Source: Octopus vulgaris (taxonomy: Eukaryota). Taken from it: 64,000 nucleotides of DNA. Numbering within the stretch: position 1 is the stretch's first letter; the number at the start of each line of letters is the position of its first letter. The position numbers and the translations under genes are program-made. This document shows, in pieces, positions 13,501 to 25,500 of this stretch. The DNA is taken from assembly GCA_951406725.2 (NCBI GenBank), contig OX597830.1:68882001-68946000 (forward strand), in the 5' to 3' direction. The notes beneath the pieces are model-generated. The model was not told where the DNA came from. It saw nothing but the letters and a program-made list of their open reading frames with translations, and made no database searches.

Positions 13501-16500
13501 TGGTGTCACTGCTTTGCTAATAAAGTCACAATGAGTTTGGAACATGTCTGGATTTTCTCTATGAAGTTTTGTTCTCTTTATTGTTCCTATCATTATGTTT
13601 TCTCCAAATGTATTCCTCATTGTTGTACATATTGTGTTAAACTTTGTGTAGGATGCTATCGTCACATTTGGGCTGGTGTCCCAGTTGCTATTCATCCTCT
13701 CCTTCATTGACTTTAAAGCATGTTTCTGACGTTATTGGTCCTGTTTTGGTAGCTAAACTCCAACCTCACTTTTATCATTGTGATATGACTTCCTTATCTC
13801 TTTTCTCCCATTGTCATTTTTCTCCCTAACTCCCTAACTTTCCCTTCTTGTCCCTTCTCTTAATGTGGCTAATTGAGTGATTCATCTATTTGCTACTTCT
13901 CATCATTTCCCTGTTCTTATTCCCTCCAGTCAGAAATGTTTTTTTAATCTCATTTTTTTCCCCTAACTTTTTCTTGTTTTTCAGATAACAACGATTTTCC
14001 TTTTTAAATTTTGGGTTTACTATTTTGTTTTATTTTTATTACAGTTTCTCATTAGATGAGACAGTTGATCTCCTGAAAGATTAGCTCTCATGTTTCTAAG
14101 CACTTTAAAGATTTTAATTTTGTTTTAAAGTGATACCAAATTAAGGCAGGCATAGATTTCATTAATTCTTCTTCCTTTTTGGGATCACTGGTTGGGTCTG
14201 ATGGAAGCCACTTGATAACAACAAGGCTACTCTACCTTTTTCGAGATATATTGTCATGTTATCCTTCATTGATTTACTCAGAGCCTCCAGAATTCACTTG
14301 TTTTTCATTAAACATTAATCCATGGCAATCATTTGATATCTCTAAAGTACATCTCTAAATTTTGAAATTCATGGCAATGTGTCACCCAGGTGCATCAAGT
14401 CTAAAAAGGGTTTGAAAACAGAATTTGCTGTATAGCTCCCAGGAAGCAGTGTGGAAACAACAACAGAAGGAAAAAACCAGCTGTGATTGCTGAAGCATTA
14501 TGTTGATAGTCATTGCATGCTGTGGTGGAGGGTTTGTGTGGTCCAGTGACTCTGAGTGCAATCTTGTAGGGCCATTCATAATGATAAATCAAAGAAGGGG
14601 ACCCAGATAGAACATAGCCAACCCTTTCAATACCTCAGTGACAAAACAAGTAGATGTAGACAACAACAATATCATATTTCAATAGTGTTTGAACAGGTAG
14701 AAGTAGGCAATGTCAAAATGGACTGTCTATGATGGTGTCATTCAGAAGTATAAATGAGTTAGTGGCTATCTACCATTTCCCTCAGCTGATACTGTCCATC
14801 TGATTCTACATACTCTGTAGAGGATGGTCCTGAAACCATAATGCATTGGTCACTCCCTAACAAGTTAGGTTCCACAGAACAAATTCTTCTTGCTAATATA
14901 CTGAGCAACAGACTGAAACAAGAATGCCTTTAAAGATCTGCCATTAACTTCCAGGAAGCACGTTTCAGATCCTTGCAAATGAACCTTGTCAAAACTAGCA
15001 GAAATCACTGCCCTTTGGTCAGCAGTGAGTTTGGAGTCATTGATCTCTGCTGTTAATATGTCAATATTATATTTTTGTTTCCAGAAGCTTTACTGGTCAA
15101 ATAACTTTTGTACTGTTTCCTTCATGCAGCTTTTATAAAACCATAAACATTCTAATAATTTGGCTTCAAATTCCTTCTCATTGAAAGTTATCCAATCAGA
15201 CACCAATCAAGCACACCTGGTACTATTTCATTAATCACTACCAAGAGAAGTATTTCAACAAATTGATATTACAAAGGTGGAACTTTACATATTTCCACTC
15301 TCTATTCATTTTCAATTCATTAACTTTGCTTGGTAGTCAATGAAAACAGTCACATCTAGAATATTCTATTGATAAAGAGTCTTTGGTGAATTTCCATGGC
15401 CACCCATCATTAATGAGAGAAACACAATAAGAAGATTAATTATAAAATGAAAGATTACATATGATCAATTACCATAATTTCAAATTTGCACAATTTCAGT
15501 TTCATAAATAAATTTCAATCACCTGATATGTCAGTATTAGGGGTTGATGCACATAGCAACGTATTCAGCAGAAGCTCTACATTAAGTGAGTCTTAAACTA
15601 AATTGTTACCTTTCTATTTAGGTTTTAGAAGAAGAGAGATAAAGTAAAGGTAAGAGAGAAGTGAGAAAAAGGTATTGATAATATTAGATTGGCAGGGGAA
15701 ATGAAAGAATGAGAAAGAAAAAGAAGGAAAATGACGAAAGTAGAAAAGCGTTTAATGAGATGAAGGAAGAAGCAGAATAGTAAATGGGAGCGTTGTGTTG
15801 GCAGCAGAGATCAGGCAATAGTTATATATGAAAGAAAGAGAAGTAAATGATAGAAACAATAACTTCTCAAGTATATGATAGATATATATTTGTTGTATTT
15901 TTATATGCTTTCTATAATGATGAAGCAATTAATTAATGACATTTGTTGATTGCTTAAGATAGATGTGGCTAATGTTCAGGTTGATCAGCTACAAGTTAAT
16001 GCCAGTTTGAATAAGTGTTACAAGAGTAATGTGTGTGAATATGATTTTGAGAGATTAACATCTTGAGGAGGAAGTATTTGGAAAAGTGGTTAGTTTGGAA
16101 ATGAGTGGGAACACAAAGAATTGTTAATGAGAGGAATAATTACCATTGTATTATCAGCAAATGTATAAGAGTCAGGAGACAGAGCTTTTGCAGACAGAAA
16201 TCTTGACCAGCCAGATGCTTGGTGTTCATTTCTGTGTAATATAGGTTATTTCTGATGTTTAAGTGCAGTCCCTTTCCTGTTGTGGAGACCGTATCAATTG
16301 AAGGTTTCTCAATGAAGAACTTTGTAGAAAGTTGTACAGCACTGAAGTATGATCTGGTTCAAAAAAGGAAGACAACACCTTGACACACTTGTTTGATATA
16401 TTATAGATTTGAGATTGCCAGGAGAGATACTCAGTAATTTAGAAGCTTAGAATGTGTGGTGACCTTAAGGATTTAGTTGTATGCAGTTTAAGACTAGAGG

Positions 16501-19500
16501 GGGTAAGTGGTTGGAGAATGTTTCTTTGTTATGAGCATTATGTCCTTATTATTCTGTTGAAATAAAAAAGATTATAGAGGTTATATAGAATTTATATAAA
16601 GCATCTGTGTTGCTAACACCTGCATGTGGAAGTTAAAAAGCAGTGAAGAACGCTGTCACCTGAGTATTAAGCATTTCTGTCTTTTCTGTTTTAACATATC
16701 TGTACAGTTTTATATTTATTACAGTTATGTATGTCTATTGTGTCTGTAATATTTGGCAGATGGATTTAGCATTTAACTATATATATTTCATTGCATCTGG
16801 GGAGAGTCATTCTCTTTTAGCACTTTATTAATTTAACACACTCACCAGTCCAATTTCCAATAATTTATTTATACTAAAATTTTCGTTGCACCTTTTCAGT
16901 AGTCGGAGAGTCAATGGCTATTGAAATGATTGCAAGACACAATGAAAATTTGAGTAAAACTAAATAAATAAATGAATGGAAATTGGGCTGGTGAGTGTGT
17001 TAAATTGATAAGGCACTAAAAGAGAATGAATCTCTCCAGACACAATAAAATTTGCTTCAACACAAGAATTCACATAAAGAATCTTGCAAACCAAATACAA
17101 AAAAAAACAACAAAAACAATGAAATATATACACTTTGTATTAGTGAAAGAGTATTAGCTTAGTGTAGTAATATTTTTATGAGAGATGAGGTAGTTGTTAT
17201 GTAATATATAAAGCAAATTCAATTAATTCCAGTGGAAATTAATGTTAATTAACATGTGTATGTCTTTGTAAAATATATACATATCAAGGTGGACAGAACC
17301 TGAGAAAGAGAAAGACCTAGGAAGACCTGGGTCAAAGTGGGGAAAAATTACCCTCACATTTTGTGCTTTACAGGTGAGGTGACAAAGAACTGAGATGATT
17401 GATGATTTGGGCTTCAGGAGACATGTCCATCCAAGTAAAACTGAGACCCTAAAGACATATTGCCTATGTCTGTACACCTGCACACAATCCATGTCTCTGA
17501 TGAATCTCTCCCCAAAGACATATCTTCTTATGCCCCTCCCTCCACCCATGTTCACCTCTCACTGCAATCTCCTCCCCTCCATCTCACCTTTCACACTCTT
17601 ATGAATTTTCCTACCCACTCACCTTACCCAATCCTCTGTACCACTTGCCATATTCACACCTTTCTCTCTGAGGGAATGCCCCAACACATCTTCATCACCC
17701 TCTTCTTCTCCGTTTCCACCTGGGGCAGCCATGCATCTTCTCTACTGCAACATACCTGCTTCTGTCCCCTTATTCATACTCTAACTTCTCATCACCTGGC
17801 ACAAAGCCACCTCCCTCAATACTAATTTCTCCTTCAGTTAAGGGGTCTTGTTTTACAACTCACTTGGTCCCCTCACCAGTGTTAGTACCACATAAAAGCA
17901 CCTAGTAAACTCTGTAAAATGGTTGGTGTTAAGAAGAGCTCCAGCTGTAACCTTGTTGAAAGAAATGGCAGAGCTTGGCATGGTCTTCTGGCTAACCATC
18001 TCAAACCAACCAGCCCATGCCAATATGGAGGGAAGGTGTTAAATGATGATGATGAGGATGTTGTTATTTTTGTAGTTGATGAAAATGATGATGATAATAT
18101 GGATGCATGTTTCTAAAAACACAACGTGCTTAACTCATGCTAAATTTTATACTCCAGACAAGTCATGTTTTATACATTAGTCAAATATATTTCCTACCCT
18201 AATATTCTAGACCTAAGTGAGGTTACATTTTATACCTAAATCAGGTATATTTTAGAACTTATACCATTTATTTTTACCTTAATCAGGTATGTTTTGTACC
18301 TTAATCAGGCATGCTTTTTTATATCCTTGCAATGGATATATGATATAACAAAGCAGTGAGGAAGAAAGTATATGCCTGATGCATTACTATTACAAGATAC
18401 CCAATGCTCAGTATTAAAAGGTTCACAGTGAACTGCTTACCAACATCAACTGCCAATCTCACACAGTTCTTTGTTTTATAACAATGAGACAGTCCACCTT
18501 TAGTCACTTGGGTGTGGTCAGAATCTTTCCCCAACAACTTTACAGCTTGATCAGATTATACTTCATACTTTAAAAGGTATATATTTTAAATTTAATCTGG
18601 TATACTTTTCATACATTAATTAGGTATTTGTTGCATCTTAGTCGGGTATATTTTATAAGTTAATCAAATATATCTTGTATCTTAAATATCATATTTTCTC
18701 TCACAATTTTAGAGCAAGAAAATTTCAAGATTCCAGCTGTTGTAGTACTGGTTGGAGGTGGACTTGAAACTCTGAAATCAGTCTTGGATTCAATATCACA
18801 CAACATCCCAGTTATAACAGTAAAGGTCAGTAAACAGACTATTCTGTGAAAAGGGTTACTGGAAGTTCATATCTTTTATGTATCTAAAGAAACTTGTGCT
18901 TAGGGAAACTAAATAGGACTACATGAGTATTTTGCTGGTGTAGAATTTTATATCAATATTTTATTTAATGATCTACATGGTTGCTGGTTTTATAGTCAAC
19001 TGCTTAAATCTTATGACAATTTCTATTGGATGAATGTAATTATATGTATTCAATTCAGAGTATTTTATAACCAATATTCTTTTTAAAAAATCTGTCTCTA
19101 AATTGAACCATGGAGAGTAAGTAGTATTCTTGATATTAACAGCTTAATAAGAAAATGCTCTGACAGACACTGTGGCTCCAACATGTTGAAAGATAATTAG
19201 AGGTAATTAGAAAACTCTAATACCTTCTGTTTTGAATAAGACAGAGGACTTGTTCTTCCTATTAAATATTATCAACAATACCTTCACTACATTTACAACA
19301 CATCCTAAAAGAAGGCAAGAGTTTAGCTGAAAAAAATATATAGACAGTAAATGGCCCCATATTTGACCAGCACAAAGATCCAACCTGCATCATACCAGTC
19401 CTGTCTGGACCCCTAATTTCTTAACAATCAATTTCAACAATCTACAAAGTACATTTTAACCGCCATGGACAGACAACAGGCTGTACACAGCACTCAGAAG

Positions 19501-22500
19501 TAAGCAGGAGGCAGCAAAACTAGCAGCAGACCAGAGCACTGTCACAACACTAAAGCAATGGACATCAACAGTGGCAACACACCATGACCAGCTAAGATTA
19601 AGAAGCTCACAACTACGACTATAATCATACCTATTGCAGGAATAATAAGCTTTGGATTAACATATTTGTATACGATAAAAGTAATATTTCTTATTAAAAC
19701 CACAAACGAATTTAAGTGTTTTTATCATAACAAAGTTGATAATTAAATGAGCCTGTAAGAAGGAGCAGCTAAATTTACATCAAATCACATCTTAAAATGC
19801 AAGGACATATTGGATATTATAGTTACAGTACTCAATATCCTAAAGAATATCCTAAAGCACTGTAATAGTCACACTCCAAGTAAGGTCATTATCAAACTTT
19901 GCTGGAACCCAGAAATGAAACGATGGAAGAAATGCAACCTATCCAAACTGATACTCTGAAACCTGTATTACAAAGCTCTGCAGGTCAGATTGCACATTAC
20001 AGTCCTCAGATTAGTGAAACAACCACAAACTAATAACAGCAACACAGGAGGAGTTTACAACAACTTATTTGGATTGAAATTTGATGTTAACTAGAGACTT
20101 TTACCTCTTTGAATGAATGAATGAATGAATGAATGAATGAATGAATGAATGAATGGATGGATGGATGGATGGATGGATGGATGGATGGATGGATGGATGG
20201 ATGGATGGATGGATGTGTTTCTTTATTAGCCACACAGGGCTGCACACAGACGGGACAGATTACAAAGTAGAGCTTTTCCTTTTTTTAGAGAGAAAAATAA
20301 AGGGGGGGTAGGTTTTCGATCAAAAGGAATCGTAAAAGGGAAAAAAGAAAAAAAGGAAAATAAACAAAAGAAGAGAAAACAGAAAGAAAAGAAAAAAGAA
20401 AGGAAAAAAGGGAGAAAAGAAAAAAACGATCAATAGGGATCGTGTATCACAGTATCATGATGTACGGTGGAAAGGGGGAAGCACATAAGGTTTATCCGTG
20501 GGAAGAAAAGCCTACGGAAAAGACCACGATAACCTCGGTCAACATTGTTACATGTTACCAGATTTGTTTGCAAGTGGGTAACCCTCTGTTTTCAATTTCT
20601 GGGTTCATTGGATTATGCTCAAGGTGGCTTCGTCATTCATACGTACCATCCTTGCTACATTCACCCATCTTTTTTTAAAACATTTGCTAGACAAAACTTG
20701 CCTCTCTACTCTCACTTTCCGTTTCAAGTGATACCTGAAGAAGTTGATGAGAGATTGACCAGAGAGGAAAGTGTTTGTCTCCAATCCTTTCAGACGCGTC
20801 CACCAGATACATTCTTTCGCCATAGCCACAAGGATGATGAAAATAGCTCTTCCTTCTCGTTTGAAGGAAGGAGGCGTGACAATATTGACGATAGACTCAG
20901 CTGATAAACCGACTCGTCCCACACGTGACAGCAGTTGTTCGACATAAGCCCACAGGTCAGAAATTGTTGGACACTGCATGAGTGCGTGCAGAACGGTTTC
21001 GTCGCTCTGACCGCATCTCGGGCAGGTCGGCCCCGTGTTTCTCGAGCCGTGTCTGTAGAGCTTATCCCGAACGGGTAGCACTGCCAGGAAGTTGTCCATG
21101 GGCCCTGGCCCGAAAGTCGTCCCGAACAAGCGGGTCAGGTATTCCTCGTCAACGTCCAGGTTCGCCCCGAGCTCGTCGTCGTACCTCCCCTCCACTATTC
21201 CCCTATAGAATGCTTGGGTTGTGTTGGAGTCACTCAAGGTCGACCAGGGACGGCAGAGTTGCTTGAGAGCAACCCGACACTCGCGGTGCCATTCGCCTTT
21301 CCTCGGCCTTTTTTTATCCACGACTGCAGTTCGGTCATGGATACGAGTTGCGGTAAAGCGTGCCTCACAAACGGCGACCACACCTGTTCACCGTCGTCTA
21401 CGTAGAGCCTGAGGTGTCGCAGTCTCAGCGCGTGTCTGCCCATCATCAACCGCGGCATGCCCAGTCCTCCTTTTAACAGGGGTTGACAGCAAATGGATCG
21501 CCTGACCATCGGGACGCATCCTTTCCACAAGAAGCGAAAGAGAATGCGTTCTAGTTTGGTGGTAGTAGAGTCGGGACAAGGCACGACGATCAGGCGGTAG
21601 TAGATGACGGACGCGATGTACGGGTTCGCCACCTCCGCCCGACCTTTTAGGGACAGTTTCCTTTCGGCCCATTGCCGGGCGAGAGTGACCACCCTACTCG
21701 TTATCTCGTTCCAGTTCTTCCCCATTTGGAGGTCCGGACCAAACCAGACCCCGAGCAACTCGACTGGACCGTCGGTCCAGCGTCCCACGACGGAGGCGCT
21801 GGTGGACGGCATGGGCTTGCTTCTCCAGGTGCCGAGTCGCAAGTCCACTGATTTTTCCCGGTTGATTTTCGCTCCTGTCACCGCTTCGTAGTTTTTCAGT
21901 GTCTCGCCGACCTGCTAGATGTGCTCGTGGCTAGACACTATGACGGTGACGTCGTCCGCGTATGCAGACACGCTCGTCCCACATCCCAGTTCTCGCGGGA
22001 TGCCCTTCAGAGTTGTCCAGCTTCCGCAATAATTGCTCGAGAGTCAATACGTATAGAAGCGACGAGAGGGGGCATCCCTGACGGACCAAACGTGCGATGT
22101 CGAAAGGTCTCGATAGATGTCCATTTATGCGAATTACTGAACGGATGCCTCTGTACAAAGCGGCTATCCAGCTGCGGAAGACGGGACCGAAACCAGCCGC
22201 TCTGAGGACAGCCTCCAAGTATCGATGGTCTACCCTATCGAAAGCTTTCGATTGATCCAAATTTATCCGCGCCCCACCCATGCCAGGTTCCTTAACTACC
22301 TTGTCTATGATATAGTGCATCAGGTGGAGGTTGTCATGGATGCTCCGGCCCGGCACGGCGCACGTTTGTGCCTTGTCGACCAGTTTCTCGATGACAAGCA
22401 CCAACCGCTTGGCTAACACCTTGGCCAAAATTTTCAAGTCTGCATTAAGCAGGTGATGGACCTAAAGTTATCTATTACATTCCCCTTGTTTAGATCTTTC

Positions 22501-25500
22501 TTGAGCAGTGTTACGGCTCCTCGGCTCACAAAACCAGGAATGCTCCCGTTTTGCTGCCAGTTGTAGTACACCGCTGCCAAGACGTCTCCAAACAAGTCTG
22601 GCATACAACTGTAAAGCTCGTAGGGTAGACCATCCAGACCCGGCGATTTGTCCCTCGAGCATTCTGCCATCGCGTCCTGCACTTCCGCCGCCGTGATGGC
22701 ACCTTCGTAGCGCCCTGCCTTTCTTGTCGAGAGTCGTGGTAGGCTGTGTAGGTAGGCACTGAAGTCCACCCTACGTTCTTGCCCGCCACTCGTCCCGAAC
22801 AGTCGGGCAAAATGCTGTTGGAACACCTCACACATTTTACTTGGCTCGAGCAATTCGCGCCCCTGTTCATCTACCAGAGACCGAATGGCGGCTTTGTTGC
22901 CCTGTTGCGCCTCTGCCACCCGGGCCTCTCTCGCGGCTCCAACACCTTCGTTCCTTAGAGCACGCATCCTAGCTCTGACAACACACCCTTCGTGTTTGGC
23001 GTTGAAGTGTTGGTCGAGGGCCAACCTCGCCGCCAAAACGTCGGATGCGATGCCGCTTCTAATTGCCTCTTCTAGCTTCTTAACTAGCTCACCCTCAACT
23101 CTATTTCTATCTATGGCTAGTGCTTTGCTGTACCTAATCGCTTCTGCTTTTACTGCTCTCTTGAGGGCAAACCACCATTTGTTGTTGATGATGGCTCCCG
23201 TCAAAGCCCTCTTTACTAGTGTGCTAATCCGGTCTCTGAAAACCTGTCTCGAAGGGAAAGACGCGTTTAGTTTCCAGTATTCGGGACCCTGCCTATGTGT
23301 CTTACCTAAATCTAGCGTACATGTCACAAGTTTGTGATCCGTGTAGCTGACTATGTGGAATTGTGGACATCCTATGCTATCTCTATCTACTGTCCTACAC
23401 TGTATCCTATCTAGATACGATCTCGACGACCCGATGCGGTTGCTCCATGTCCATGTTGGTGCATTCGGGTGGTCTAGTCGGAACCTGTCAGACAGTTGAA
23501 AGCGTCTGAGCAGGTCTCTGAGGCATTCTATCTCTGCATCCCCCAAGGTACTTCCATTCCTATCTACCAGACGTTGAAAGAAATCCGCCCGACCTGTTAG
23601 TGGTACATGCGAAAAGCGCACCCATTGCTGCCGTCGAATCCAGGTAGTCTATCCGGCTCTAATATTGTCCCCACTAAAAGAGTGCCACTAATTCTTGGCA
23701 GACAGAGACGAACTTCCCCAAACATACTTCTAGATGGCTATGATTTCGTTGAAAGTCAAATCCCTTGTTTCCTGGGGACCCCAAGCCACACGCATTTACA
23801 CAACCAATCTTAATAATAGAAGATGGTAAAGTGGTTAACATCCAGGGGTTATGAGTTCAAACCCATTGTGACATTTGTTATGTTTCTATGTAGATAGTTA
23901 CATTTTATATTGTCACAACTCAGCTCTAAAGAATTAGTTCCAGAACAATTCGGTTCAGTCTCAGACCAGAACAACAGTTGACTCTATCTACTTTGCTCTT
24001 GTCTCCCCAACACGGAGACATCTTTATTGGATTGTATGTGTATTTTAAAGGAATTTTCAAAATATTTGTTCATTCTTAGATTGCTTCTTATTTGCAGATT
24101 TAGTTTTAATTCTTGAATTTTTTTCTTTTTATTATCAGGGATGTGGTCCAGCAGCAGACTTTATGGCATTTGCTAACCAAACAGAATTTGAAAATGTAGA
24201 CGAAGATGATGGGTATGTTATTTATTTGATAGTATGATAGTTTTATTATTGCATTTGTTGTCATTTCTGATTCTATTGCTATTAGATATGTTATTGTTTA
24301 ACACCTTTTAATCCCGATAAAACAGGTGTATGAACAAAACGAGACTTTATTATTCCACTGTGTCTGTCTATATTTAGGGTATGATTTGGGAGAGATTTAG
24401 GTCATACTTTTAACAAATTGAGTGACAAGGTAAATTACTCCCTTGTTGGCTTGCAACTCACCTATTACTAAAGTTGATAGTTTGATTTTAGAGCTGGTAT
24501 TCATAGCTTTGTAGATATTCATACCTTTGATTGGAACTTGTCAGATTTCTATTACTAAAGACTCAAATTTAAGGCAGTATGACATGACACTGCTAATAAT
24601 CATAATATTGATTTCTTATGTTGACCCAAGGTTCCATATTTGCTGGGGAAAGATAGTGGATCCAGTTCAGAACTGTCTGGATTTGTCTGTTTCTTTTTCC
24701 ATCCAATTTAAGGGATCAGATCAAGCAGTAGGTATCATGACTTATTCTTATGAAATAACACTGAAATTTATTGATAGAAATGGTAAATATGAATTAATCA
24801 AGCATGGGTTTAATCAATTCTGGGCACACTCTCTCAGGTTGTAAACTTAATTCATTCCATCATTAAATACTGAAGTACCTGGTGGGGATTCAACAAGACC
24901 ACTTAGTCCTTCACTACCTTTAACATAATCCACAAGATTGCAAGCATTCAGACCAGGTCGTTGGTGTGAGGATAACATGATGTCATGATTCACAATACTT
25001 TCATTGTATAGTGTCTGTTTGCTTGTGAACTGATATGAAAGTGGTTCTCCAAAAGAGGCCTACCACCATATATGACAAAAGGTACTGTTGCTAACATCTA
25101 TAGACACAACCCCATTTCTTGTCATGTCTACCACATTATGACTTCCAGCTTAATTATTTGCAAGATTGGAAACTTGATTTGCAGCTACCCATAAGTTGTG
25201 GTTCATTCATGTCTTTCCCTCATCAACCACAGATGTCCTGTAAAAATTATGGGTCGTATCCTTCCTCCTTTAATTAAGCTCTGTTCATCAAACATGAAAT
25301 CCCTCAGCTAACACTATTTGTTATCTGTATCACTAATAGTGTAGCCTGATTAACATCATTTCTCATTTGAGCTCCAAGGTAGCAGTCTAGTTAATATATC
25401 TTGTTTGTGGCGCCAATATAGACCTTATGTTATTCTTTGTCTCTACCTTTCTTTTAATCACTATTAAAAGTGTTACGTATTATTTTCTGAAATAACTCTT

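Noticed and set aside
19883-20005. About 40 codons open in both copies ([21 protein letters not shown] vs 62490-62610) as a hidden exon
   Set aside because: No splice sites are shared between the copies, there is no recognisable homology, and A4 already splices in phase to A5.
24500-25400. Possible coding remnant in the A5-A6 intron
   Set aside because: The frames I translated gave no recognisable motif and contained stops; left unassigned.
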